64,000 nt of DNA, taken from Octopus bimaculoides (taxonomy: Eukaryota). The first letter of the stretch is position 1. The number at the start of each line of letters is the position of its first letter. The position numbers and the translations under genes were made by a program. The notes under the pieces were generated by a model. It saw only the letters and a list, made by a program, of their open reading frames with translations, made no database searches and was not told where the DNA came from. The stretch spans positions 81,650,845 through 81,714,844 of the forward strand of contig NC_068989.1 in NCBI RefSeq assembly GCF_001194135.2, written 5' to 3'. This document shows, piece after piece, positions 25,239-39,117 of the stretch.

Positions 25239-26598
25239 TATGGTATTTGTTATTCTGCTGCTTAGAGTTTAGATACTACTACATTGCTTGAAATAGGAAC
25301 CAGTATTATATTGAAATCAATTTAATCAATACAGTTTGCCCTTAATTAAAGATGCTTTTTTTTTACTGTATTCTCTTTGAATTCATTTTAAAAATTAGAA
25401 TGTTATACTTCTTCAGTGTACAAAACATTATTTGTTTGATAACAATACTTTATATATCACATGCGTTTGTTTAAGATTACTGAAGGAGATAGAATGTGAT
25501 AAAATTGTTATCTGGTTGTGCTTTATTGTTTATAATTAGTATAGCTGTTTAATGACATAAATGAGTTAATGATTCATAGTTTAATTAGATAGTTAATTGT
25601 CTGAAATAAGTTATTGAAATTATAGTTCAAAATTTCAGGACATTGTCTTGTAGATAACGGTTTGAGTTCAAAACCATTTTTAGAGGATTTAAGACAATAA
25701 GACACTGGAATGATAGAAAAGGAAAGATTAGGATAATCTAAATCACTAAATTCTCTGCTATTTAATGCCTGATTTGCAAAACTTTTTGATTCTCTGTTGT
25801 TTTTTAATTATTTTTTTTTTATCATTTCTTTGAGAAATAAATGATTATTCCATTGAACTTAGTAACAAAGTTTGTTCAGTAAGGGTGAACTCCTGGGGTA
25901 TGAACTTCCTGAGCCAGCTGTGATTCCTGTTTGTAGCCAATTACTTTACTTACCACACTAATTGCGCTTGCTCTCCTAATTGCTTTACTGAAGAATGTCT
26001 TGAACTTTATAACATCATAGTCTCTTGGTACCTCATACCCTTGCAAGAAATTATTTTTCTCTGATGCTTGCATAAAGAACATCTGTATAAGTCACATAAC
26101 TATCACAACCAACGAAAGAAGTTTTTATTTTGAAATATTTTTTAAGCTTAGAGGATAGAAGGCAGCACCTCCGATATTAGCAGGGTGAATAAACTAGATA
26201 GCTAGTACGAGTGGAATCTGCAAAAAGTACTGAATGACCAGGTGGCAAAAGGTACCGAATGACCAGGTGATGGTGTTAAACTGGGCAACAGCTCATTATG
26301 TTTACCACCCCAAAAAACAGGCACAATTCTTCCAATAGGCATGTTCCAATTGCATCAATGCATCTTAACTTATATGGCTTAAGATGACTGAGGCTGTAGC
26401 GGGAGCACTCACTCAAAGTGCCATGCAGTGGAATTGAACATGAAAATTCATAGTTGCAAAATAAATCTTTTAACAACATGGTCATGTCTGTATTTCATAG
26501 AAAGTGACACAACATGCAAATAACAGACAGGTTTCTCCTCAAAGAAAGAACCACATGTTCTAAAATACTATTACCATGACAACAAATTGGACAATGGT

Positions 26599-26640
<42 letters not shown>

Positions 26641-27323
26641 TAAATGAATCCAACACTTTGTACTTCAAATTGGCTGTCTGGCTCTATGAGTCACGCGCGC
26701 ACACACACCCACACAGTAGTGATATCTAGTCCACTGAGGGCAGACCATTTTAACTTATTGTGTCAAAATTTTAGTTTCATACATAAATCTATTATTGTAG
26801 TATCACTTGCATGTTATACATGTATTTTAGTTTTAGGTAAGTGCTTAGAGATAAGCTTTTTGTAATTGTTCTTGCAAGATTGCAAGATGTTTTTCAAACT
26901 TCATATACTGTTACCTAAAGACCTGTGGCATTTCACTGCTGACAAAGCGTGTCAGAGCACAGATATATCTAACACATATCTATAACATCTCTTACTCACA
27001 GGTATATCTATGAAATCACTCAGTCACATATATATCTATGACATCATTAAGTCACATATACATTTGATATTCCAGCTAAAGCTATCTCATCTCTTTATTT
27101 TCAAGCATAATATCCTCTGGACTACATCACACCACCTTCCTGTCCTACTCCACCTTCATACACCACACAACCCCATATACCCTGCCACTATCACACCAGT
27201 TTCCTCTATCAGCTCCCTACACTTCATGAAACTGATGTCAAGAATTATGGGAGTTGGAATTAAAATTTTTTTTCTATGGTTCTTTGTTTTGACAATGAGG
27301 ATTCAGTAGATCAATTGCTTTAA

Positions 27324-27892
27324 CCCTTTTGTATTTAAACTGGCCATATCCGGCCCAAATATCCTACCTATTTTATTTTCAAACCAGCCAGATCTGGCCT
27401 CACACACCTACCTAACAATGCAATTCTAAAAATAGACAATCATATCATCAAAATATCATAGCTACGATATAAAACCCCCTTCGGTCATGAATGACCATGG
27501 GATTGCACCTAGAAAGTACCCCTCCAAGGCACAAGTCTGGGCAAGGTTGTTTATGGAAGACCAGCAGTCACCCATGCATACCAGCTTCCTCTCTCCACGC
27601 TACCAATGTTATTCAATGGAAAGGCAAAGGCCAATACAGTTTGGCACCAGTGATGTTGCAACTCATTTCTACAGCTGAGTGAACTGGAGCAACGTGAAAT
27701 AAAGTGTCTTGCTCAAGAACACAGCATGCAGTCTGGTGTGGGATTCGAACACACTATCTCATGATTGTGAGCCCAATTCTCTAACCACTTAGCCATGCGC
27801 CTTCACATAGCTATCATATAAAGTATGATTAATTCAAAACAACATAAATAAATACGCATTACATTTGACTGAGTAATTTGAATGCTAAATGG
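27324..27892. mobile_element. piggyBac-type MITE, copy 2, interrupted by a SINE
   Basis: TTAA|CCCTTTTGTA...TGCTAAATGG|TTAA; body aligns to copies 1 and 3 once 27474-27805 and one TSD copy are removed. Confidence 0.75.
27474..27805 (-). mobile_element. tRNA-derived SINE, family A, near full length with TSD
   Basis: A/B boxes on the minus strand; 17-bp TSD CATAGCTACGATATAAA (27457-27473) / CATAGCTATCATATAAA (27806-27822). Confidence 0.8.
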
Positions 27893-27898
27893 TTAACA

Positions 27899-28144
27899 CA
27901 ATGGTTCTCAACCATCTTTTGCATATGGACCCCTTCAATTTTCCTTTTACTCAGGTGGACCCTCATTGCCATTTAATATTTTAAAAAATTTTATGATTAA
28001 ATATAATTAGGAACTGTATAAAGAAAAATTGTTAAAATGTTTTGTGTATTGTGGAAGTATAACCAATTCATTGCACATAATTTTTAACAACAAAATCTTG
28101 TACGGACACCCTAGGGCCATATGGATCCTGGTTGATGACCAATG
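27899..28144. mobile_element. Probable hAT (Charlie-like) MITE
   Basis: Imperfect TIR CAATGGTTCTCAACC / GGTTGATGACCAATG (12/15 match); no 8-bp TSD found. Confidence 0.45.
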
Positions 28145-28224
28145 CAAATAGCTGAGTATTCCACAGACATGTATATCCTTAATATAATTCTCACATTACT
28201 ATACTCTATACAAATAACCAATGC

Positions 28225-28575
28225 GTGTTCAGTAGACAGTGGAAAGAGCACAACATGTCTTGATTGCTACATTGTACTCCACACCATTAACCACTGTCCT
28301 ACATACAGTTGAAAGAATACATCTAGATTGCCACACTGTACTCTGTCATTAATTACTGTACTATGGTACAATAAATAGAAAGAGTACACAACTAGATTGC
28401 CACACTGTACTCTCTACCATTAACTACTATACTATGTACAGTAGACAGTGGTAAAAGTACATGCCTTGATTGCTGCACTCAACTCTACCATTAACCAATG
28501 CTTTACATACAGTAGACAGTAGAAAGAGTACATGTTCAGATTGCCACACTGAACTCTTTACCATCTACCACTGTA
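28225..28575. repeat. ~70-bp minisatellite, ~5 copies
   Basis: GATTGC anchors at 28262, 28326, 28395, 28468 and 28539. Confidence 0.8.
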
Positions 28576-29097
28576 ATATATTCAGTGAGCTTCTCAGATA
28601 GGCATGGTATATATGGAATTATAGTTTTGCAATTGTTTGGCTGACCATCTACAACTAGATGAGAGTTGACTAGATTCACACAAGTTGAAGTAGCCATTGT
28701 TTTCACAAGAACCTCTAAAGATGTTGCGACATAGGAAATGATGAGTTTGGCTCTCCCGTTCTCTCAAAACAAAAATGAGATTCAAAGACTATTATTGTAT
28801 AATGAACTGGGGGACTTTAATCTATGCAGAAATCACCTTCTACCTTTGTCTCTCTCTGAACTTATCATTGCAAGTCTTATCACTATTTTACCAATGCTAC
28901 TAATGTATTAATAATGTTAATTGGGACTGATAGCTTCACTGATGTTATTATTTGTGTTGGTATGTATGTTGTTTCATTGTTAGGTTCACTAAATTTTTTT
29001 CCTTCTTAAATTTTCTCCTGTTCAATAAATATTCTTTTCATTTGAAGTAAATAACTTTAAGAATGTTACCCTCACCACCTGCTTTGCAGTCACTGCC

Positions 29098-29132
<35 letters not shown>

Positions 29133-29615
29133 CTTTTATTCCTGATCTACCTTCTAAGTTGGACAGTTCCACAATACATCATATATTTATTTATGAAGAT
29201 CCTGTGTCATTCCATGTATAAAGCCTTCACTGTTTCCTTGTAAGTAGACTCTTTAATCTAGATCCATCATTAGCAAGTCTTAATCCCTATTCACCTTCTA
29301 TGTATCCTTCATTGCCATTACATGTCCACACTAATGCAGTCATTTTTTTCCTCTATAAATTAATCAATTCTGCCAATGATTAACCGCTTTTTCAATTCTC
29401 CCTTCCTTGAAAATTAATGTTGTACATCCAGTGGTGGGTGGGGGAAATCAATGCAGATTGAAGCATAATGAGGCACTACTAGAAATAACATCTGAATTTC
29501 TCCTAAATCATAAAAAAAACAACAAAAAACAACAACAACAACAATAACAAAAAATATAAATTGGATAATGTAGCTCAAGATACAATTGGGGATAAACAAC
29601 AAAACCTGTTACATA

Positions 29616-29811
29616 TAAGGGGGTGCTGAAAAGTCCCTGGCTTTGCGTAAAAGAAAATACAGGAAGATCAGTTAATTATGATTTTATCCAATGTATTCCT
29701 TTCAAAGATCCACATACTTATTGTAGCAGTCCTTCAGTTTTTCTAAGCCCTGTAACAGAATCAGGTCTTTTGCAATACCTTTAAAGCCAGGAACTTTTCA
29801 GCACCCCCTCA
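29616..29811. mobile_element. Mariner-type MITE
   Basis: ~29-bp TIRs TAAGGGGGTGCTGAAAAGTCCCTGGCTTT / AAAGCCAGGAACTTTTCAGCACCCCCTCA with TA on both sides. Confidence 0.85.
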
Positions 29812-31905
29812 TATAGTCCTCTTCATTCACTGTCAAAGTTTCACTGCCATACACCATCTTACACATACCACATGCAGTTCTCTATATTCACTATCCATGT
29901 TTCACTGTTACACATCATCACTCCTCTTATATACTCCACATGTAGTCCTTTCCAGTCACTGTCCATGTTTCACTGCCATACACCATTGCACATGTGACAA
30001 ACACCACATTCTTCATTCTTCTCCATTCATTGTCCATGTTTCACTATCATGCACCACCACACATTTCACACACCTTTGTAATGAGAGAGAGAAACCCATT
30101 GTTGCTAACAAGAGGTAAAGTCTATATATTTACACCAAGGCGGTGACCTGGCAGAAACGTTAGCACGTTGGGCGAAATGCTTAGCAGTATTTCGTCTGTC
30201 TTTATGTTGTGAGTTCAAATTCTGCCACGGTCGACTTTGCCTTTCATCCTTTCAGGGTCGATAAATTAAGTACTAGTTGCGTACTGGGGTCGATCTAATT
30301 GACTGGCCCCCTCCCCCAAAATTTTGGGCCTTGTGAGTAGGTCCTGGGATCGATTTGCTTGACTAAAGGTGGTGCTCCAGCATGGCCACAGTCAAATGAC
30401 TGAAACAAGTAAAAGAGTATTAAAAGTTCATGTTATTTATTGTTCTTGTTGTTGTTTACTTCCTGGTCAGTTCTAATTGACTAGAGCTATGGTCAAAAAT
30501 GTCAGTCTGGATATATTGTATAGGTTACAGGACGTGGTGGTGTGGTTACGTTTTTCATGTTACACTGTGATACCAGCTGCATAAGAAACAATGTGTTGAC
30601 ATAATTAATACAATGATCTCTAAGCATTTAACCAGAGTTACTCGTATGGTGTTGACAGCATTCCGTAATGGTCAGAATATGTTATTTTAATTTTGTTTTA
30701 TTGTCCAGTTTGTGTGTGTGTGTTGTTGTGGCATATGATGTGTTTTGGAGGCATTTAAATCGGGTAGAGTGCATCCCTGTCCTGGAGAAGAGCAAAAGAA
30801 GAACTAACCTTTGTATTGGACTTATATTTAATTTATTTAGGCACAGTGATAAAGGCAGGGAAAAGGGGGGACGAGGGGATTGAACAGGAGGAAAAACAGT
30901 GCTACACCACATTGGAGAAATGGGGACAAATTGCTTCTATGTTCACTCTAAGCTCCAACAGAATAGTACTTAAGCTACTCACTACTCCCCACTTAAACAA
31001 CAAAAGTAGAGAAAAAAATGCACTTAAAGAAGCCCATAAGTCACAAAACACCAGCAGTAAAGAAGACACATCATATGCCATCTACATTGACACATTTGCA
31101 TTGTGGGTGAGGTGTGGCTCATTAGAACTCAAATATTATATTCCTTATTTCTTTGAGTTATTAGAATAAAAGAGGAGGTGTCATTATATATTAATTTGAT
31201 CTGTACCATCCCCAAAATACGTAAAGCCACTGGGCTTGAATTTCTATGCATGCGAACACATGTACTGATGCACATCCACCCACATGCTCGTAATCCATTC
31301 GAAAAAACAAAGGCACTTATCATAAAATAAATAAATATGTATAAAAAATACACATTTAACCATCCACAACTTTCTCTCATGGAATCCACATCATACACAT
31401 ACACGACCACACACACACACACACACACACACATGTACACAGGAACAGGCTCACACCTGTTCTCTTTCACGCACAAAATCCACACCATACACATACATGA
31501 ATGTTTGTGTACACATGCACGCATTCACATAGATACACACTTTCAGACTCCACGCTATTTCACACAAATGTGCATTTGCACACATGCACATCGGTGTGCA
31601 CACATGCATGAACTTGCATTCAAACCCTCCCACACATACACACACAGCTTTGTTTTGGCAGCAAACTATTTTATATTCAATATCTCACCTGTTCAGTATT
31701 TCATGGTAGACGCCATACAAGTAGTCCTTAAAAGCCATTCAAAAAACCTGCAATTTTGTTTGCATCCAATGCTGCAGACTAGTTTTTCATTTTGGGTAAA
31801 TGGAGAGAGTGGGGTTTGACCTGTGCAAGGTCATTCTTCATTTCAAAGAGCTTCAGGCACTGGTATCACTTGATTTTCAACATTTTTATTAAAAACTTTA
31901 CCATA

Positions 31906-32268
31906 GGCGCAGGAGTGGCCATGTGGTAAGTAGCTTCCTTACCAACCACATGGTTCCAGGTTCAGGCCCACTGCGTGGCACTTTAGGCGAGTGTCTTCTA
32001 CTATAGCCTTGGGCAGACCAAAGCCTTGTGAGTGGATTTGGTAGACGGAAACTGAAAGAAGCCCATCATATATATATGTGTGTGTGTGTGTGTGTGTATA
32101 TTTGTGTGTCTGTTTGCCCCCCACCATCGCTTGACAACTGATGTTGGTGTGTTTACATCCCCATAACTTAGTGGTTCGGCAAAAGAGAAGTCCTGGGGTC
32201 GATTTGTTTGACAAAAGGCAGTGTTCCAGCATGGCCATAGTCAAATGACTGAAACAAATAAAAGAAAA
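31906..32268 (+). mobile_element. SINE family B, full length
   Basis: Same head, internal (TA/TG)n and tail as 7716-8105. Confidence 0.8.
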
Positions 32269-32351
32269 GAATGTATTACATACAGTGGTTGGCTGTAGCT
32301 CAAAAAGGCAAAATATATACATACATACACACACACATACACATATATTTA

Positions 32352-32570
32352 TGAGGTGGTATCAAGAAGTTCCAGGACTAGTTATGTTTCATAAAAAAAT
32401 AACTTATTTACCTAAGTTTTAACATGACCTCCTACGAAATAGTTACCTTGGGCAGCAACACAACGGTCCTAGCATTCCTGCCACATTCGGAATCCAGCCT
32501 GGAAGTCGTTTTCTGTAAGCAAGTTGAGGACCTTCTGCGATTTGCTCTGGACCTTGACTGATTCCGGAGA
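32352..32570 (-). mobile_element. Mariner 3' end fragment
   Basis: TA then TIR-like TGAGGTGGTATCAAGAAGTTCC; minus frame DRCVAAQGNYFVGG matches the mariner transposase C-terminus. Confidence 0.7.
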
Positions 32571-34689
32571 CAGGACCAGGAAGTGAATCTAATATAAACA
32601 AGCATTAGTGCTGATGGTAGTGTCCCTGCATGGCCACAGCCTCTGGTTACAAGTGATAATTACTATGTAAAAAGCACTGGTGCTGGTGCTACGTAACAAG
32701 CACCCACTACGCACTGTAAAGTGATTGGTGTTAGGAAGGGCATCCAGCTATAGAAAGCAAGACAAAACAAACTGTGGAACCTGGTGCAGCCCCTAGCCTT
32801 GTCAGCTTCTGTCAAGCCATCCAACCCATGCCAGTATATAAAACAGATGTTAGATGATGGTAATGATGATCATGATATAAACTTACACATGTGTGTGCAT
32901 GCATGTGTGTGCATGCATGTGTGTGCATGCATGTGTGTGCATGCATGTGTGTGCATGTGCATGATGTTTATATATCCACTCCATGCACAACTGCAATTTA
33001 TATTTTGTGCTCTGTATAAATATATATTCTGTTATACAATGGAAGGGGGTGAGCCAATGACTGATTCAATACAGCTTTTAATATGATAATTTGTGTTATG
33101 TTAGTTTATAAATAACTTTTGCTCTATAGGGTACAGAGTGTTGTGTTTTGAATTCAATTGTCAGACTTGTCTAATTGACCACATAAATTGTAAACAATTA
33201 AGATTGGTTTTATCTAGAACACAATGTAATTAACACCCATCTAATTTTGTCACTAGATTTCTATGGCTTCAGTTAACTATTTTAATTGTAATCTACCCAA
33301 GAACCATGTTTAGTTCCAAGTTTACTTACACCTCATATCATTCTTGTGTTTCAGTTTTAAATACATTCTCACTTTTACATGAATGATAATATTAAGATTT
33401 AATAGAAATAAAAAAAACTACTGTTGTATTCCAAACAATACTTTAATTACTTTAATCAACAAATAAAGTTGCAATTTCTTTTTTAAATAAAGCTCCCTGC
33501 AAATTCTTCATTATTTCAAAATTTAATTAAAACACAGTTAGCACATTCTTGTTATTTTAAAAAGTTATCTCTACAGATATACTATAGAAATTAGAGCCAG
33601 CACTTATTTACTTATAAGCCTTTAATATACTTGGTAGTCTGTCGTGGTTGTATAATGAAATACAGTGTCCCTGCCAGCAATTAACATTCTTGTTGGAGAA
33701 AAAGATCATGAAAAGGTCAAGGAATTTGTTTCTGATTTCTTGAACTAAAGTCTTCCTTATGAATCTGGTTTACAAATATTGTTTTAATCACACTATTCAT
33801 GTAGCTATATCTGCTGGTTATTGTACTGAACTGACATATAGGCTACATTCACTAATAATGAATATTTAAAACTTGCTTTATTGATTTCTCACACTACAAG
33901 GAGTAAAGCTGTTCAAATTTACCTCAACAGTCAATAGTTTGATTGAATTTTAGCATTATGACTTCTAGCAGTGACATAATTATACCTATTCCTTCATATC
34001 AGCTCTATTTACTTCTTTTTTGTTTTTTACTCTTTACTGCTTTATATCATTGAAGGCACCACAGAGATTGAATTCTCAGGGATCTAGTTACTTCAAGATC
34101 TAGTGAAGATATACCAGTTTTTTTTTCTAATTGCTTAATAAACTTCACACTGGTAAAACCCTTGACTCTGCTGCATTCAATGGTGATTTGTACCTACTTA
34201 TGGTACCTATTTTTCTGAGGGACCTACTTATGGTGCCTATTTTTCTGAGGTAAATCGGTGACTTTTGCCCAGCAGTCAGCCACACAGTTGACTCCTCTAA
34301 AGTGTGATTCAAGGTTTGATGTGGGGTCTCTTAAAGTTTACCACTTTTGCTCCACATTAATTGGTTAACTGACTAATAATAAGAAGAAGAAAAAGAAGAA
34401 ATGACCATGTGGTTAAGAAGTTTGCTTCCCAACCACATGGTTTTGGGTTCAGTTTCACTGTATGGTGCCTTGACCAAGTGTTTTCTACTATAACCCCAGA
34501 CAAATCAAAGTCTTGTGAGTGGATTTTGGAGATGGAAACTGAAAGATGACCATCATGCATTAATTTCAACTCCTCTTACTAATAACTGCATTGTTTCTTT
34601 CTTGATAAACGGACATCTTACTTTCCAAAGAAGATTTCAAAAGTAACTAGTAGCTATAAATATAGACAAAATTTGGCATCCTGGTGTTA

Positions 34690-34910
34690 TTAAGTACCTG
34701 TAGAAAAAAGGGTCTAACCCCTGCCTAGGACATTCATGCTGACATGGTTGTTATATTAGGGGATGACGCTCCAATTTTATTGACAATGCAAAAGTGGGCA
34801 GCTGAATTTAGGAGGGAAGGTAGAGTCTTGAAGATAACCAAGACCTGGACGTCCTGCAATTGCCACCACCAAGAAAAACATTGATCATATTCATCACATG
34901 CTGAAAGATG
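34690..34910 (+). mobile_element. Mariner transposase N-terminal HTH fragment
   Basis: DIHADMVVILGDDAP...QKWAAEFRR...GRPAIATT, with frameshifts. Confidence 0.7.
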
Positions 34911-34915
34911 ATATA

Positions 34916-34982
<67 letters not shown>

Positions 34983-35500
34983 TGTGATTGTGTATGATTT
35001 CTGTTTTGTCTTGACATCACTTGATTGTTGTAAAAGAATGTCATTCATTTCCAGTATACTGCAAAAACAGGTCTGGCCATGGGAAAATCTTACCTTGCTT
35101 GGAAACCGGTGACGAGTGGCAATGGAAATGCCATCTGGTCATAGAAAACCTGACTCAATAAACTCTGTCTGACCAATGCTAGCATGGAGACATAAATGTG
35201 GAAACAACAATGATGATGATGATGAATAAAAAAGTGAAACAGAACAGGTGCAGACTTCTTATTGGCAAACTGATCCACTCAAGATACAACAACAGTTTCA
35301 AAAATACCTTTCGATTATGAAGTTTTAAACTTTTCTATATAAATTTCTTTTTTGGAACATATCCATGTTAAATTATTGGGTGGCATATATCCACATTAAG
35401 TCTTTATTTGTTCAGATTATTTAAAAATCATTTAATCAAAGTTGTTGGAACAAAGTTGTATCAATTTTTGTTGAGTAAGCACATTGCCAAAGTTTGTTAA

Positions 35501-35717
35501 CCCTTTAGCAATCGAACCAGCCATATCTGGCCAAAATATTTAACTTATTTTATATTGAAACTGGCCAGATGTGACCTCTCACACCAACCCTACAATGTCA
35601 TTCTAAAACTAAACAATCACATCAAAATCTCTAAACTACAAGATAATGCATGATTAATTCAAAACAATATAAATTAACAAACGTTGCATTTGATAAAATA
35701 ATCTGAATACCAAAAGG
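35501..35717. mobile_element. piggyBac-type MITE, copy 3 (217 bp)
   Basis: TTAA|CCCTTTAGCA...TACCAAAAGG|TTAA; internal similarity to copies 1 and 2. Confidence 0.8.
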
Positions 35718-37863
35718 TTAAGGAAGATAGTTTGTTTAAGTGATTTGATGATCAATATATTATTAGTATTATTTTTTGACTGATGGCAAAGGAAGTACTA
35801 CTAGGATTGAAATTCTAAGACCGCACATACCCAAGTCTGTTGTTCAATCAACTTCATTAGCTCATCCCTCTCTGTCTATTAAAAGGTGGTCAGTTTTTAC
35901 TTTAATGGTCATCTTCATATTTTCATTTTCATCTATTTGTGGTCATTCTAGACCATATAATGTACAGCATTTGTTGTTACTGACCAGACATAACATACCT
36001 GCAATTATATTACTTTGTGTGTGGTGTGGACATCTGGTTGTGAAGGTTGGATTGGTGGCTGTGGAGGTGGTGTTGCTAGTAGTGTGTATGTATGTATGTA
36101 TGTATGTATGTATGTATGAATGAATGAAAGAGAGATATTAGTGATACTGAAGTTACTTTATACTGCTATGTCCATTAGCTATTACAGCACCAGAAATAAT
36201 TACTTTATTTTGTTTAAAAAGTAATTTGTTTAAAACAATTTGTTTTAAAAAGACATTTGTTTAAAAGCATTAGGGTGTGATTTGAGGGTGATGATGTGGC
36301 TGCTATTCCTAGCAGGTCAAACGAGCATATAGAGACATTGGTTTTTTTTATGGACTATAAGTCTAATGAATTGGTTTATTATGGACTCTAAGTCTATTGA
36401 ATGGTGATGAATTAGGGTGAGAAACTATTGTTCTTTCAAAAAGAAGCTAAATTCTCAACATTTACAATTTACTTCTAAATTTCCTTAGTTTTTTTTACAT
36501 GTAGCTTCCAGGTAACTCACAAAAAAAAAAAAAAAAACCAACAGGAATTCTGTATTGCAGAAATGGAAGAAGTGTGTTCTTTGAGTTTTGTTCTTGTAGA
36601 CACTGCTAACATATTGGACACTTGAATTAGGTCATGTTATCATTATTTATAAAGATATATGTAATATTTAATGGATTGGACCCAACACTTAATTATACAT
36701 CCTGTCCCATCCCATCTGGAATTACTGGTGAAAAATGTCTGTTACAACATTTCACCATTCTTCTACCATAATTCTTTTTATTCATCATTTACATTGTCAC
36801 TTCAATGGTTGCATTCATCTTTGCTGTTGCCTCTATCTCCACCATCACCCCCCCCCCACCTCTACTGTTTCTCTACCTCCACTGTCACCTCCGTTGTCAT
36901 TCCTACTTCTGTTGCTATCATCATCCTCATTTAAAGTAATAACACTAATGACATAATTAATCCCACTTTTACTGTGTTGAGCCTTATAGACTGACTAGAA
37001 AGAGCTACAGTCTATGTTTTCTGGTTGTGAATTCTCTCTCATTCTCAACAATGAGTAAACAGTTGTTTGACCAAGGTTGACCACCTGTTCATGAAATTAG
37101 TGTGTAAGTGGCTGAGTATGCCACAGACACATGTACCCATAATGCAATTTTTAGATCAATTCAGCATGACAAAGTGTGACAAATCTGGGCTTTTTAGTTA
37201 AGGAGGGGGGAAAAATGACCCCTATACTGAATTGCTACTTTATTGACAGCAAAAGAATGAAAAGACGAAGTTGGTTGTAGTGGAATTTGAGCTCAGAGTG
37301 TCAAGAAGCAGAATAAATACCGCCAAGCATTTTGTCCTGATGCTCAATCAAATCTTTCTTTTTACTATCTTGTTTGCTACTATGAGTAAACTAACCTAGT
37401 TGTCCTGTCAGTTACTCTTATTGAAGTAAAACCTCAATTTAAAACCACACAACAATTTGCTAAGCAAAGTATACAAAACAATAATTTGAATTCTTAAATT
37501 ACCTTTTTAATCGTGAAAATCTCAAAGTTTGAAGTATTTTGTTGGGTGGATGTAGTTGCGAGTGATATATTATTACCTTCAGACTATCGGAAGCCTTTAC
37601 AGTCATAGAAATATGCTTGTTATTTAATAATACTTTGTTTAGTATGCGATGGTTCAGCGGATCTGTTCTGACCTCAATTTCTTTGTTGAAGCATTTGAAA
37701 TGCTAGCAGAGACAAGAAAACAATGTTATCTTTGTTTGATTTTTTTAATCTTTAGCCTTGCTAGGTTTCATAGTACATTGTTTAAGAAGTGTAACAATGA
37801 AACAGTGAAACCTGAATTTTGTAAATATAGCAGCCTAATTTACAGCATAAGCAAAGAAGTATT

Positions 37864-39015
37864 TGTTAGAAACTAAAAAAAATCATCTTTTTAGGTGACT
37901 TTCACTAAAATATCTACTTTTTTTTTTTAGATTCCTAACTAAACATGGCAAGGAATAATAGATTTATTTTTTCCATTAGTTTTACCAGATTTTAATCACT
38001 CATCTCATTTCTATAATCCGATCCTTATATTAGTTATTATTCACATCATGAGAGCTGTTTGTGAAATATTTTTAACTAGATTTTACCTATTTTTAATGTT
38101 TGCTTAGATATTGATATTGTATGCTTAGAAGAAACCAAGGACATATAAACAGTTGTGTTCTAATTAAAACTCTTTGTTTCTGAAACAATTTTATCTCAGT
38201 TGTTTATAGTGAGTTGTCATTAGTCTTGTTATTTGATTTAGGATGATAAAAGTAAGAGAATGATGCACAAAATAGCTTGTGGTATTCAGATATAGCTCTT
38301 TACATTCTGAATTAAAATCCAGCTTAGGTTGACTTTGCATTGCATCCATCCTTATGGTAGTGTATTATGTGGTTGTTGTTACTGTTGTCATCACCCAAAT
38401 TTTCAGGTCTTGAGTCTATAATAGAAACGATGATGATTATTATTACTAATAGCAGTGAGCTAGCGGAATTGTTCCTATACAAGACAAAATGCTTAGCAGC
38501 ATTTTTTTCTTTCCACTATAGTTCTTGTGCCTGTAGTAGAAAATATTATTAGCATTATTAGTTTCTTAGGGCCCTGGTGGCCAAATAAAAGAAATTAGTA
38601 TTTTGTGCATCATTTTGTTACTTTATCGCCCTTAGTCAAATAACAAGAATAGTGATAGCTTATTATAAACAACTGAGATGAAATCATTTCAGAGACAAAG
38701 AGTTTTAATTAGAACACAACTGTTTATATGTCCTTGGTTCCTCTAAGCATATTGTACCAATATCTAAGATAATCTCTGAGCAAACATTAGTAATAGGTAA
38801 GATCTAGTTAAAAATATTTCACAAATATCTCTCATGATGTGGATAGTAACTAATATAAGGATCAGATTATAAAAACGAGTTCAGTGATTAAAATCTGGTA
38901 AAACCAATGGAAAAAAATTATCTATTTTTCCTTGCCATGTTTAGTTTGGAATGCAAAAAATGCAGATATTTTAGTGAAGGTCACCTAAAAAGATCAGGTT
39001 CTTTAGTTTCTAACA
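37864..39015. repeat. Long inverted repeat, arms 37864-38274 and 38599-39015
   Basis: For example AAACAGTTGTGTTCTAATTAAAACTCTTTGT is mirrored by ACAAAGAGTTTTAATTAGAACACAACTGTTT; arms are collinear end to end with scattered mismatches. Confidence 0.9.
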
Positions 39016-39117
39016 GTCAAGTATTCGGATTGATGGTATTGATTAAGACCCCACCCCTCAAAATTGCTGTGCCTAAATGAGAAAAAATTATTATTATTAT
39101 TATTATTATTATTATTG

